This document shows, in pieces, positions 32,474 to 42,727 of a stretch of 64,000 nt of DNA; within the stretch, counting starts at the first letter, position 1, and the number at the start of each line of letters is the position of its first letter. A model generated the notes under the pieces. That model saw only the letters and a list, made by a program, of their open reading frames with translations, had not been told where the DNA came from and did no database searches. The stretch is from NCBI GenBank assembly GCA_963828465.1, contig CAWHEU010000002.1, positions 64,001 through 128,000 on the forward strand, written 5' to 3'. The position numbers and the translations under genes are program-made. Source of the stretch: an uncultured Acidobacteriota bacterium. GTDB taxonomy: Bacteria; Actinomycetota; Acidimicrobiia; Spongiisociales; ZC4RG35.

Positions 32474-32527
32474 GAAGGGCCCGAGCCTATCGGCCACCGC
32501 CTGCGATCACCCGCCGGCGTGTTACCG

Positions 32528-33337
32528 CTATTTGCGTAACAACCCGTCGAGACGACGGGAGGCGATACGAGCTCCGATGAGACCCATCACCAGCAGGTAG
32601 GCGATGTGGCCGGCCACAGACCAGTCCAAGATGCCCAGCGAGAAGGCACGGAGCAACTCGTTCCCTTGATAGAGCGGTGATAATCGAACGAGCTGCTGCA
32701 GGGCTGGGGGATAGGTATCGAGTGGGTAGAAGGTGGCGGAGAACAGGAACAGCGGCATCGTCACCAGGGAGACCAGGTCGAAGTCCTGCCATGAGCGCAT
32801 GAACGTTGTGGCGGCGAGACCCACGGACCCGAAGGCGAATCCGATTAGGACCGCACCGGGGATGGTGAGGATCGCCCACCAGCTGGTAGTCAGACCCATG
32901 ATCACCATGACGACGAGGAAGGCGACGGCGTACAGGGCGCCGCGGAGGAGCGCCCATCCGATCTCGCCGATGGCGATGTCGCGTGGTCCCATCGGGGTAG
33001 TGAGGATGCCGTCGTAGACCTTGTCGAACTTGAGCCGGAAAAAGATGTTGAACGTGGTCTCGAGCACCGTCCCGTTCATCGCCGAGGCCGCCATCAATGC
33101 CGGAGCGACGAAAGCCGTGTAGTCGACGGTGACGCCACCGGGCATGGTCACCTCCCCGACGAGGGATCCGATGCCGATCCCGATCGAGAAGAGGTAGAAG
33201 ACGGGCTCGAAGAAGCCCGTGATCACGACCTTCCACACCCGTCGGTAGACCAGGTAGTTCCGCTCCCAGATCCGCTGCGCCCGAAATGGCGTCATCCGGC
33301 CCGGCGGAGTCAAACGCGAGGGTGCAGAGACACTCAT
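32528..33337 (-). CDS. ABC-2 permease (NodJ-like)
   Basis: FFEPVFYL, YTAFVAPAL, ILTTP, FLFSATFYP. Confidence 0.88.
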   Translation of the reverse strand: MSVSAPSRLTPPGRMTPFRAQRIWERNYLVYRRVWKVVITGFFEPVFYLFSIGIGIGSLVGEVTMPGGVTVDYTAFVAPALMAASAMNGTVLETTFNIFFRLKFDKVYDGILTTPMGPRDIAIGEIGWALLRGALYAVAFLVVMVIMGLTTSWWAILTIPGAVLIGFAFGSVGLAATTFMRSWQDFDLVSLVTMPLFLFSATFYPLDTYPPALQQLVRLSPLYQGNELLRAFSLGILDWSVAGHIAYLLVMGLIGARIASRRLDGLLRK

Positions 33338-34122
33338 GGCTTGAGCCTTCGGTCCAGCCAGCGCGAGCCGAGGACGATGCCGGCGGCAGCCATCGCCACC
33401 AGATAGACGACATTGACCCAGATCGGCAGCGGGGTGACGATCGAGGCATCGGCCCCGGGGAGGGCGATCTTGCGCACCAACTCGACACCATGGAACAGGG
33501 GCGTGAAATAGGCGGCCACCTGCAGTGGATCGGGCAGTTGGCTGATGGGGAAGAAGGTTCCCGAGAACAAGAACAGCGGGATGATCCCGAACCGGAACAA
33601 GGTGGAGAGGCTCACCTCGTTCTCACGGGTCACCGTGAACGCCGTGACAGTGGCCTGGAATGCCAGCCCGGTCAGTACCGCCGGTGGGACGGCGAGGAGG
33701 GCAGGACCCAGATCGAGGGCTCCGAAGGCCACCGAAATGAGGGCGAACACCGTCAAGACAAAAGTGAGTCGGATGGAGCCCCAGATCATCTTGCCCCTCA
33801 CGATGTCTGTCGGGGAGAGAGGGGTGGTGATTGCGCCGTGGAACTCCTTGCGCCATTTGATCCCCGCCATGACCGGGAAGGCTCCCTCGCCAGCCGAGGT
33901 CTGCATGGCGGTCGCCGCCATCAGGCCGGTGGCGACGAAGGTCAGGTAGGGCACTCCGAGATCATCCGTAGATGAGTCGACCAGAGTTCCCAGTCCCAAT
34001 CCCATCGCCGACAGGAACAGCACGGGGTTCACGAAGCTGGAGATGACCGTGCCACGCCATACGCGTCGGTAGCCGATGGCTTCCGACTCGACCCACCGCC
34101 ATGACCGGGTCAGGCTGGTCAT
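33334..34122 (-). CDS. ABC-2 permease (NodJ-like)
   Basis: FVNPVLFL, YLTFVATGL, PLFLFSGTFFPISQLP. Confidence 0.88.
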   Translation of the reverse strand: MTSLTRSWRWVESEAIGYRRVWRGTVISSFVNPVLFLSAMGLGLGTLVDSSTDDLGVPYLTFVATGLMAATAMQTSAGEGAFPVMAGIKWRKEFHGAITTPLSPTDIVRGKMIWGSIRLTFVLTVFALISVAFGALDLGPALLAVPPAVLTGLAFQATVTAFTVTRENEVSLSTLFRFGIIPLFLFSGTFFPISQLPDPLQVAAYFTPLFHGVELVRKIALPGADASIVTPLPIWVNVVYLVAMAAAGIVLGSRWLDRRLKP

Positions 34123-35048
34123 CAGTCGATGAGCCTTCGGCCGGTGAGCTTGAGGAACACGTCTTCCAGACTCGACCTACGCACGAGCACCTGTTCGGGA
34201 TGGATGTCGCGCTCGGTCAGCTGGTGCTGGGTGTCCTCGGCGTCGTCTGTATAGACGATCACCCGGTCGGCCAGGATCTCGGTGTTGCCTTCCAGCCATT
34301 CGAGCCTGCTCGCCATCGCAACCATCAGCTCTTCGGGGAAGCGAAGCTCTACCACTTCCCGGGGGGCGTACTGGGCGATGAGCTGCCGCGGCGAGCCTTC
34401 GGCGACGATCTTGCCCTTGTCCATGACCACCAAGCGGTCGCAGAGCTGCTCGGCCTCGTCCATGTAGTGGGTGGTGATGATCAGGGTCGCCCCCTCCTTC
34501 TTCAGGCGATAGAGCCTGTCCCAGAGAAGATGACGGGCCTGGGGGTCGAGGCCGGTGGTCGGCTCATCGAGGATGACGAGGTCCGGGTCGTTGATCAGCG
34601 CGCGTGCGATGGTCAGACGCCGCTTCATGCCCCCCGACAGCGGCTCGACCGGCGAGTCTGCTCGATCGGTCAGTTGGGCGAACTCGAGCAGATCGACGAT
34701 TCGCGCCTTGATGTCGGCGCGGTGCATGTCGTGGTATCGCCCGTAGACGTAGAGGTTCTCCGAGACGGTGAGCTCGAGGTCGAGGTTGTCTTCCTGAGGG
34801 ACGACGCCGAGGTGTTGTCGGATCTGCCGGCCCTGGGCGTCGGGATCCAGCCCGAAGACCGTGAGCTTGCCTTCGGTGATCGGGCTCACCGTGGTGATCA
34901 TCTTCATCGTCGAGGTCTTCCCTGCCCCGTTTGGACCGAGGAAGCCGAATGCCTCGCCTTTGGCGATGTCGAAGTCGATGGCGTCGACCGCGACGAAATC
35001 GTCGAATCTCTTGGTGAGCCCGCGGGCCTGGACGAGCGGTTCAGCCAT
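34122..35048 (-). CDS. ABC transporter ATP-binding protein (NodI-like)
   Basis: GPNGAGKTS, LSGGMKRRL, ILDEPTTGLDPQARH, TTHYMDEAE. Confidence 0.92.
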   Translation of the reverse strand: MAEPLVQARGLTKRFDDFVAVDAIDFDIAKGEAFGFLGPNGAGKTSTMKMITTVSPITEGKLTVFGLDPDAQGRQIRQHLGVVPQEDNLDLELTVSENLYVYGRYHDMHRADIKARIVDLLEFAQLTDRADSPVEPLSGGMKRRLTIARALINDPDLVILDEPTTGLDPQARHLLWDRLYRLKKEGATLIITTHYMDEAEQLCDRLVVMDKGKIVAEGSPRQLIAQYAPREVVELRFPEELMVAMASRLEWLEGNTEILADRVIVYTDDAEDTQHQLTERDIHPEQVLVRRSSLEDVFLKLTGRRLID

Positions 35049-35101
35049 GACCACTCGACGCTAGTGCGGGCCCGAGCCTGTCACGTCGGGATAATCGAGG
35101 G

Positions 35102-35593
35102 TCAGTAGTGCTCGTATCTGACCACGGTCTCGGCCGGTTTCCTTCCCCCGAATCGACTCGGCGCCGTTCCGGCCGTCGGGTACCCCAGGGCGACGGCGTA
35201 CCGCGTCTCGACCCCATCGGGAGCACCGAGGAAGCGCCTCGCGTCGGCGGGTCGATGGAGGGTGATAGGACACGAGGCGACACCGACTGTCTTCGCCGCG
35301 AGCATGATGTTCTGGGCTGCGCGCCCGATGTCGAACAGGTTGCCGCCCTCCTCCTTGACCAGGACGATGGTTGCGGCCGAGGCTCGGATTGGATCGGTGT
35401 AGTCGCCGTGCTCGGCGAGACCCTGGAGCCGATCTCCGGTCACGACGATGAACGACCATTCCTGGCTGTTCTTCGAGCTACCGGTCCATCGTGCCGCCTC
35501 GAGGATCGCGCCCAGGTCGTCGTCGCTGAGAGGGTCGGGCTTGAACTCACGGATGGCACGGAGCTTCACGATGAGGTCGTAGGAATCGGTCAT
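35102..35593 (-). CDS. nitroreductase family protein
   Basis: RAIREF, ILEAARWTGSSKNSQEW, DIGRAAQNIMLAA, ALGYP. Confidence 0.88.
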   Translation of the reverse strand: MTDSYDLIVKLRAIREFKPDPLSDDDLGAILEAARWTGSSKNSQEWSFIVVTGDRLQGLAEHGDYTDPIRASAATIVLVKEEGGNLFDIGRAAQNIMLAAKTVGVASCPITLHRPADARRFLGAPDGVETRYAVALGYPTAGTAPSRFGGRKPAETVVRYEHY

Positions 35594-35609
35594 GGGCGGC
35601 GAGGTTAGG

Positions 35610-36053
35610 TCAGCGGGGATACAGGATCATCTGGGTGCATCGGAACAGAGCGATCTTCTTCGCTGTCTCCTCGGCGGTAACCACGACATCCCAGACCTGG
35701 GTGGTCCGCCCGCCATGGGCCAGGGTGCCCTCGGACAGGAGGGCTCCATCCAATTGGGTGCCCAGGTGATTCGACTTGAGCTCGATCGTGGTGAACCCGA
35801 TGGCGCCGTCCGGGAGGTTGGCGACGCACCCGTATCCGGCGGTGGTGTCGGCTAGCGCCACGACGGTGGCTGCATGGAGGTAGCCGTTGGAGGCGAGATG
35901 CCTTTCTCCGATCTCCATGCGCATGCTCGACGCGCCTTCGGTGATCTCGAGCAGCTCAATCCCCAGAAGCCCGGGGAGCCGGGGAGCGCCGAGTTGCTCC
36001 AGGGCAAGGGAGAGCTCCTGACGGTCCGTGGGAAATGGCGGGATGTCGGGCAT
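35610..36053 (-). CDS. PaaI family hotdog thioesterase
   Basis: NGYLHAATVVALADT, FTTIELKSNHL, HGGRTTQVW, FRCTQ. Confidence 0.88.
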   Translation of the reverse strand: MPDIPPFPTDRQELSLALEQLGAPRLPGLLGIELLEITEGASSMRMEIGERHLASNGYLHAATVVALADTTAGYGCVANLPDGAIGFTTIELKSNHLGTQLDGALLSEGTLAHGGRTTQVWDVVVTAEETAKKIALFRCTQMILYPR

Positions 36054-36109
36054 GAGGCGGCGACGTTACCGATGCGGTGTCGGGGGAGATGATCGAATAG
36101 GTTGACGCG

Positions 36110-36826
36110 ATGCCAACGCCACATATCTTCGCAGAGAAGGGTGATTTCGCCCCGTCGATCCTGCTCCCGGGCGACCCGCTGCGGGCTCAGCACATCGCCG
36201 AGAACTTCCTCGAGAACGCGAAGTTGGTGAACGAGGTTCGCAACATGCTGGGATACACCGGCACCTACGAGGGCATCCCGGTATCGGTGATGGGCACGGG
36301 CATGGGGATCCCATCGGCCTCGATTTATGCCACCGAGTTGATCACCGAGTACGGGGTGGAGCGTCTCATCCGGGTCGGGTCATGTGGCGGGATCCTGCCC
36401 TCTGTCGAGCTCCGAGACGTGGTCCTCGCCATCGGGGCCTGCACCGACTCGGGTGTGAACCGGGTTCGTTATGGGGGTTACGACTTCTCGGCGACTGCCG
36501 ATTTCGAGCTGCTTCGGGCGGCGGCGGATGCTGCCGAATCTCGGGGCATCTCGGTCAAGGTGGGCAATGTGCATTCCGCCGACCTCTTCTACAACCCTGA
36601 CCCCGTGGCATTCGACCGGATGGAGGCGATGGGGGTGCTGGCAGTTGAGATGGAGGCGGCCGGTCTCTATGGCGTGGCTGCTGAGAAGGGTGGCCGGGCA
36701 CTCACCATCGCCACCGTTTCCGACCATGTCCGCACCGGCGCATCCACCACATCCGAGGAGCGTCAGCAGACCTTCGTCGAGATGGTCGTCATCGCCCTGG
36801 AGACGGTCAGGGTCGACGTAGGGTGA
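36110..36826 (+). CDS. deoD: purine-nucleoside phosphorylase, DeoD type
   Basis: [51 protein letters not shown]. Confidence 0.96.
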   Translation: MPTPHIFAEKGDFAPSILLPGDPLRAQHIAENFLENAKLVNEVRNMLGYTGTYEGIPVSVMGTGMGIPSASIYATELITEYGVERLIRVGSCGGILPSVELRDVVLAIGACTDSGVNRVRYGGYDFSATADFELLRAAADAAESRGISVKVGNVHSADLFYNPDPVAFDRMEAMGVLAVEMEAAGLYGVAAEKGGRALTIATVSDHVRTGASTTSEERQQTFVEMVVIALETVRVDVG

Positions 36827-36844
36827 ATCCCGCCCTGGACTGAT

Positions 36845-37531
36845 ATGTCTGTAGATCCGGCGGCGGCCCGCCAGGGGGCCATCGACGCCTTGCCTTTGTT
36901 CGTACCGGCCATCCCGTTCGGGCTGGTCATCGGTCTCGCCATCACCGAGTCCGGAATGAATCCCTTCGTCGGGTGGTCCGGCTCATGGCTCATCTTTGGT
37001 GGAGCCGCCCAGCTCACACTGGTCACATTGCTGGGCACGGGTGTGGCCGTTGCGGCTGCGGTGGGCACCGCCCTCGTGGTCAATGCCCGTCATCTGATGT
37101 ACTCGGCTGCCCTCGCCCCCACCTTCCAGCGCCAGCCGCGTTGGTTCCGATGGCTCGGTCCCTATCTCCTCATAGATCAGCTCTTTGCGCTGACCACGGT
37201 GCGAGCCCCAGATGAGGACCCGGACAGCTTCCGCAGCTACTACCTCACTGCGGGCGCCACTTTCTGGGCGCTGTGGCTGACCGTCGTCGCCTTCGGGCTC
37301 CTGCTGGGGCCGGTGGTTCCCGAAGAGTGGAACCTCGAGTTCGCCATACCGATCCTCTTCATCGGTCTGCTCGTGCTGGGGATCGAACACTGGCCCGAGA
37401 TGGTGGCGGCCCTGGCAGGCGCCGGTGTCACCTATCTGGCCGCCGGTCTGCCCAACCGGACCGGGCTGCTGGTGGGCGCCTTCGTCGGGATGGTCGCCGG
37501 TTTCGCCGCCGAGAGGCTTCGCCGTGAGTGA
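36845..37531 (+). CDS. azlC: AzlC family branched-chain amino acid exporter
   Basis: PFGLVIG, IFGGAAQL, VNARHLMYS, YLLIDQ. Confidence 0.88.
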   Translation: MSVDPAAARQGAIDALPLFVPAIPFGLVIGLAITESGMNPFVGWSGSWLIFGGAAQLTLVTLLGTGVAVAAAVGTALVVNARHLMYSAALAPTFQRQPRWFRWLGPYLLIDQLFALTTVRAPDEDPDSFRSYYLTAGATFWALWLTVVAFGLLLGPVVPEEWNLEFAIPILFIGLLVLGIEHWPEMVAALAGAGVTYLAAGLPNRTGLLVGAFVGMVAGFAAERLRRE

Positions 37532-37832
37532 TTTCCTGGCGACCGTGGTGGTCGGTTTCGGGACTTATGTCTTCCGCGCCGTGTTCATCGTGGTGCTGGC
37601 CAAGCGGCGGATCCCGGAGGTCGTGCTCGTTGCCCTCAAATATGTGGGGCCGGCGGTCCTGGGGGCCTTGATCGTCGCCCTCCTCACCGACCCCGAGGGC
37701 AATGTCCAGATCGGGGTTCCCGAGGTCTCAGCGTTCGTCGTCGGGGGTTTCGTCGCTCACCGCACCCGAAGCCACATCTGGACCCTCTTCGCCGGGATGG
37801 CGGTGTACTGGGTGGTGCGAGCTCTCGTCTAG
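37524..37832 (+). CDS. azlD: AzlD domain protein
   Basis: GTYVFR...LKYVGPAVLGALIV; overlaps the end of azlC. Confidence 0.85.
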   Translation: MSDFLATVVVGFGTYVFRAVFIVVLAKRRIPEVVLVALKYVGPAVLGALIVALLTDPEGNVQIGVPEVSAFVVGGFVAHRTRSHIWTLFAGMAVYWVVRALV

Positions 37833-37940
37833 AGGGCGCGAAGAAGATTCTCCCTACGGCAGGCGACGCGTAACCCCTCCTCACTACTTTGGGTCTGAGA
37901 AGCGATGCCGACCTCCGGCATCGAGAAATTGGGAGGAGAA

Positions 37941-39320
37941 ATGACCGACACCGTCGATCGGACGGAGTCGACTGGATCGGGGGGGTCCGGTCTCGATTCC
38001 TACTTCAAACTCAGCCAGCGGGGCACTTCCGTCGGCACCGAGATAAGAGCCGGGGTCACGACGTTCCTGGTGATGGCCTACATCATCTTCGTCAACCCCG
38101 CCATTCTCTCGGCGGCGGGCTTCGATGCGCCGGCCGTGGCCGCCGGCACCGCTCTGGTCGCCGGCCTGCTCTGCATCTTGATGGGGGTGGTGGCCAACTA
38201 TCCCATTGCGATGGCAGCCGGGCTCGGCATCAACGGCGCGGTCGCCTTCGGGCTCGTCCTGGGCCAAGGGCTGACCCCGGCCGGGGCAATGGGGGTGATC
38301 GTCCTCGAAGGTCTGATCGTGCTCGCTCTGGTGGTCGTGGGTCTGCGGGAGGCGATCATGAACGCCGTTCCCCTCGCCTTGAAGAGGGCAATCGGGGTGG
38401 GCATCGGGCTCTTCATCATGTTCATCGGGTTCGTTGACGCCGGGTTGATCCGTCAGCCTGCCGGTGACGGCCCGGTTCCCGTCGAGTTCGTGTTCCCCAA
38501 CAGCGCCGGGGCATGGATGGCTCTGATCGGGCTCCTGATCACGGTGATTCTCTATGTGAGGAAGGTTCCTGGGGCGCTGATCATCAGCATCCTGGCGACG
38601 GCTGCCATCGGGCTGATCATCGGCTTCACCCAGTTTCCGGACACATTCACGGCCACTCCGAGCTTCGCCACATTGGGCGATTTCGATCTGGGCAATGTGT
38701 TCTCGACTCTGGGATTCGTCGCCGCGGCGCTGACCATCTTCAGCTTCATGCTCACCGACTTCTTCGACACGATTGGCACTGCCACCGCAGTCGTCGAGCA
38801 GGCCGAGCTGACCGATGAAGAGGGAAACGTCCCCGGTGTCGGCAGGCTGCTCGTCGTGGATTCCATTGGCGCCGCCGCCGGAGGTGCTGCTGGGGTGAGC
38901 TCGAACACCAGCTACATCGAGAGCGCAGCGGGCGTAGCCGAAGGAGGACGGACCGGTCTCACCTCGATCGTGGTCGGTGTGCTGTTCTTGGCGGCGATCT
39001 TCCTCTCGCCCTTGGCCGCGTTGGTCCCGGTGCAGGCGGCCGCGCCTGTGCTGATCCTGATCGGGTTCTTGATGGCCGGCCTGTTGAAGGGGATCGACTT
39101 CGACGACATCGAGGAGGGCTTCCCCGCCTTGTTGACCCTCATCCTCATGCCCCTCACCTTCAGCATCACCGTCGGCATCGGAGCCGGTTTCGTGATGTAC
39201 GTCCTGATCAAGGTGATCAAGGGCAAGTTCAGTGAGATCCACCCGCTGATGTGGGTGGTGGCCATCGCCTTCTTGATCTACTTCGGTCAGGCGGTCCTCG
39301 GGCAGGCGATCGCCGCCTGA
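37941..39320 (+). CDS. NCS2/AzgA family purine permease
   Basis: EIRAGVTTFLVMAYIIFVNP, GIGLFI, DFFDTIGT, TSYIESAAGVAEGGRTGL; strong GGAGG RBS. Confidence 0.93.
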   Translation: MTDTVDRTESTGSGGSGLDSYFKLSQRGTSVGTEIRAGVTTFLVMAYIIFVNPAILSAAGFDAPAVAAGTALVAGLLCILMGVVANYPIAMAAGLGINGAVAFGLVLGQGLTPAGAMGVIVLEGLIVLALVVVGLREAIMNAVPLALKRAIGVGIGLFIMFIGFVDAGLIRQPAGDGPVPVEFVFPNSAGAWMALIGLLITVILYVRKVPGALIISILATAAIGLIIGFTQFPDTFTATPSFATLGDFDLGNVFSTLGFVAAALTIFSFMLTDFFDTIGTATAVVEQAELTDEEGNVPGVGRLLVVDSIGAAAGGAAGVSSNTSYIESAAGVAEGGRTGLTSIVVGVLFLAAIFLSPLAALVPVQAAAPVLILIGFLMAGLLKGIDFDDIEEGFPALLTLILMPLTFSITVGIGAGFVMYVLIKVIKGKFSEIHPLMWVVAIAFLIYFGQAVLGQAIAA

Positions 39321-39333
39321 CCGTTGGTTGTGC

Positions 39334-39363
39334 GCAGGTACCCACGTGGGGGTGGGTACCTGC
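39334..39363. terminator. probable bidirectional terminator hairpin
   Basis: Perfect 12-bp inverted repeat gcaggtacccac-N6-gtgggtacctgc between convergent genes; no U-tract. Confidence 0.65.
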
Positions 39364-39366
39364 CAC

Positions 39367-40317
39367 TCAAGAGTCTGCGATGGGACCGGTCGTCAAATCC
39401 CCGGGAGTCGCCCCGGCAGCCTCGTCGCGTTGCCAGATCGTCGCGTTCAAGGAGATAGAGGCGACTAGGGCGCGACAAACGATGTAGAGCCAGGCGAGGA
39501 AGACTCCGGCCATCCCGAGACCGCCATAGAGTTCGCTGGCATTCTCCAACCTCCACGTGAAATAGACAACGGTGGCAATTCGGATGATGAACCAAGCGGC
39601 AGTCATCAGCAACGCACCCGGGATCACCGCCGTCCATGGGGTCCCGTCCGGCCGAGGCAGCGCAGTGAAGAGCACGACATGGATAGCGGCGATTGCGAAG
39701 ATCGCAATCAAGTACACCAGAACGTCCACGATCCAAGGCCCGCCTTGCAGCCGGTCCGTCAGCAGCTGGATCGCAAGCATGGCCAGGACGAACCCGATAA
39801 CCGACAGTGAGGCCACCACCTTACGAACGGGCTTCGAGGCGCCCACCCTCCACGCGAGCCGGCTCGTCAGGAAGAGTGCGCGCACCACGCCCAAACCGGC
39901 CCAGAGAAGCAGGATGATGCCGAGTAAGGCCAGGTAGAGCAACGCTTTGTCTGAGGCGGCTACCGCGGCTTCAACCATCCTGGCAAGGGCGGGGATCAGA
40001 CCCGAGTCCTCTGCCAGCTCGGAAGGCGGACGATCGAGCCAGTCCGCCAGTGTGCCAATGACCACCACAAAGGACAGAGAGAAAGGGAGGAACCAGAGGA
40101 AGACCTTCACCGACAGCCCACCGGCAATCAGGCTGCCGGCAAAGGCCTGGTCCCGCTGATAGAAGTCGTATGCCACCCCGACGCTGGCACGTCGCTCTCG
40201 CTCGGTCTCGAGGCGTTCAAGAGCCCCTGTCTTCAGGGCCGTATAACGCTCCTTGAGCTGCTCGATCCGTCCTTGGTCGACTTCCTCGGCGTCGCTCGAT
40301 GCAGGAGAATCGGCCAC
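39367..40317 (-). CDS. YihY/BrkB family membrane protein
   Basis: AGGLSVKVFLWFLPF, PGALL, LYGGLGMAGVFLAWLYI...LNA. Confidence 0.75.
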   Translation of the reverse strand: MADSPASSDAEEVDQGRIEQLKERYTALKTGALERLETERERRASVGVAYDFYQRDQAFAGSLIAGGLSVKVFLWFLPFSLSFVVVIGTLADWLDRPPSELAEDSGLIPALARMVEAAVAASDKALLYLALLGIILLLWAGLGVVRALFLTSRLAWRVGASKPVRKVVASLSVIGFVLAMLAIQLLTDRLQGGPWIVDVLVYLIAIFAIAAIHVVLFTALPRPDGTPWTAVIPGALLMTAAWFIIRIATVVYFTWRLENASELYGGLGMAGVFLAWLYIVCRALVASISLNATIWQRDEAAGATPGDLTTGPIADS

Positions 40318-40336
40318 ATCGTGAAGTTACCCGGTG

Positions 40337-41687
40337 TCAGCCCGACGGCTGGGCCAGGATGAAGCCCTCTAAGGCCTCCGTGAGTGGCGCCTCCGATATC
40401 ACGACTTCGGGATCGGTGAACCGCCGGCTCGTTCGCCCGTTGAACGAGAGCCGAACATCGGCGGCGACCTCGAACCGTCCTCCGAGGTCGTCGGCGATGA
40501 GCCGGGCGGTCTGACGGATCATCACCGGGTCGGTAGCCATGACCATCAGCTGTCGCTCGGTCAGGTAATCGGGGGGTGGCACCTTCCAGCTCTTCCCCGA
40601 CGCCGCATCGGTGACCACGAAGTCCGCCGACGCCGATTTCTCGCTGAGCATCACCTGCCACGACCCGAGATACCCCTCGCCGGTCCACTTGACATCGCCC
40701 GGGGTGAGATGGTGGCGAAGGGGCAGGGCGATCATCACCGCTATGTACACGGCGCCGACCCCGATCCAGGCTGGGTGGAGCCGCGGCCGGTTGCCCAACG
40801 ACCCCCTCCGGCCCTTCGGGCCACCTCCCCCAACGTCGCTTTGCTCCTGGGGGAGGAAATGCTCGGGCCATGCCGGGTCGAAGAAGACGAGGGCGGACAG
40901 GCTCATCAGGAGCGGGAACAGGCCGATGGAGGGGAACATCAGCCAGGTCAGGGTGTGAAAGACGACCAGCGCCACATAGGCATATGGCCGTGAGGGCCGC
41001 CATGAGAGCCAGCCGACGATGGTGAGATCGAACAGTGCACCCGCCCACGAGAACAGGTAGGCGACCACCGGGAGAGTCAACACCGGGCCGATCAGCCACA
41101 TCTCAGATCGGGCCGGCAGCCAGGTCGACAGCGGCTCTGCGCGCAACAGCCAGTCTCCGTTGAGCTTGGCCAGTCCGGCGAAGACATAGACCATCCCTAC
41201 CTGGAAGCGGAGCATCCAGATCACCCATGCCGGATACCGGCTCGGTGTGCGGACGCGGCCCTGTCGCGGCATCGAGCGAGAGGGTGGCGCTCAACGGGAG
41301 GAAGACCATGACCGCCGCGGTGAGGACCACCCAGTAGTAGTGATTGAGGTAGAGACTCCGGTCGATCAGCTCCACGTAGCCGAGACTCACGGCAAACAGA
41401 CCGGCGGACAGCCGGTAGCGGTATCCGATGGCGATGCCAAGGGCGGACAGGCCGATCACCAGGAAATGGAGGTGCATCCACGGCTCGGGCCATACCCGCA
41501 CCCATTCGAAGCCGGGATAGGAGAAGTGATACGCCGGCTCGATCAGGAGCGTCTCGATCCAGCCCCGGGCGAAGAACCGGACGACGAGAACCACGCCGAC
41601 GATCCCGAAACCGATGCGGAACAAGGCTCCGGAGGCGGCGCTCACCTCCTCGGCCGCCATCGCCCTGATCGAGGAGGTCGAGATCAC
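40337..41687 (-). CDS. HTTM-domain protein, full-length vitamin K-dependent gamma-glutamyl carboxylase homolog (frameshift near 41262)
   Basis: LFRIGFG, YLNHYY, LSLDA, VYVFAGLAKLNGDW, FH...IGLFP, WTGEGYLGSWQVML, SFNGR...FTDP. GTG overlaps the upstream TGA. Confidence 0.88.
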
Positions 41688-42727
41688 CCGGTATCACCGT
41701 CGGTATCGGAGAAGCCGAGCGTGATGTCCAACAGCGAGACCACGTCCGACTCGAAGAGTGTCCTCAGTTCGGCGATGTCCTCGTAGATGGGCTCGAGCTC
41801 TTCCGGGCGGTCCCGAGCGATGTCACGCATTGGGCCCTCGAGGGCGCTCACCTCGGCGATCGCTCGGTCGAGCGTCTCGTCGATGCGATCGGCTACGTCG
41901 GGCGATCTGGCCCGGATCAATTCACCGAGCGAGTCTTCGCCACCGGCATCGAGCGCCACTCGGATGCTCTCCAGTTGGGATCGGTACATGGCGGCCGCCT
42001 CGCCGGCTGCGCCCTCCGGGATGGCTTCGATGTCGGGCTCTGGCGCCGAGATGCCCAGGGCCTGGCCCAGCTCGAACAGGCTCTGACGTTTCAACGTCTC
42101 GACGAAAGAGGCGATGAGATCGCCGAAGGACTGATTGGGCGGGATCACCACCGTGTAGACGTCTACCCAAGGCTCACCACCGTTGAACGATGTGGTCCAG
42201 GAATCCACGAGGGCTGTGGCCGCATTTGCCGCGACGACGGCGGACGAAGCTGCCAGGGCGCAGGGCCGCTCCTCGGCGGCCAACTCGGGAGTACGGAACA
42301 GTGCGTACTCCACGGCCCCGAGACCGCGTTGCGTGGAGGCGGCGCGGTCGTCGATGTATTCGACATCGATGATTGTGTCCGAGGCGAGCAACTCGTCGAT
42401 TCCGAGCTCGGAGATGGGGGCGTAGTCCACTTTCGACACTGTCCGGAGCATTTCGGCAGGGCCGAAGAATGTGGTCAGCTCGGACCGCTCCCAGGCCTCT
42501 TTGGCCGTCCGCCAGGCTTCCGTCGCGGCCTCGTGTGTGTCGCCGTTGGGGGTCGAGCAGAACGACTCGGTCGCCGTGGAGAGGCCTGCGATCTCATCAG
42601 CGGCAGTCTCCATCGCAGGTATGAGCGCCAGATGTGCCGCGTTGGAGACCACGTCCACTTCCGGTGGCCCCGACGAACACGCGGTGATGGCGAGGCAAAG
42701 GATGGCGGCGGGCAGGAACCTTCTCAC
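41684..42727 (-). CDS. imelysin-like lipoprotein, second type
   Basis: Lipobox ITAC, RGLGAVEYALF in place of GxHxxE, C-terminal GFSDTDGD. GTG overlaps the upstream TGA. Confidence 0.85.
   Translation of the reverse strand: MRRFLPAAILCLAITACSSGPPEVDVVSNAAHLALIPAMETAADEIAGLSTATESFCSTPNGDTHEAATEAWRTAKEAWERSELTTFFGPAEMLRTVSKVDYAPISELGIDELLASDTIIDVEYIDDRAASTQRGLGAVEYALFRTPELAAEERPCALAASSAVVAANAATALVDSWTTSFNGGEPWVDVYTVVIPPNQSFGDLIASFVETLKRQSLFELGQALGISAPEPDIEAIPEGAAGEAAAMYRSQLESIRVALDAGGEDSLGELIRARSPDVADRIDETLDRAIAEVSALEGPMRDIARDRPEELEPIYEDIAELRTLFESDVVSLLDITLGFSDTDGDTG

Noticed and set aside
37833-37940. Purine riboswitch upstream of the NCS2 permease
   Set aside because: Only one hairpin (cgatgccg-acctc-cggcatcg) is present; the conserved purine-aptamer core sequences are absent.
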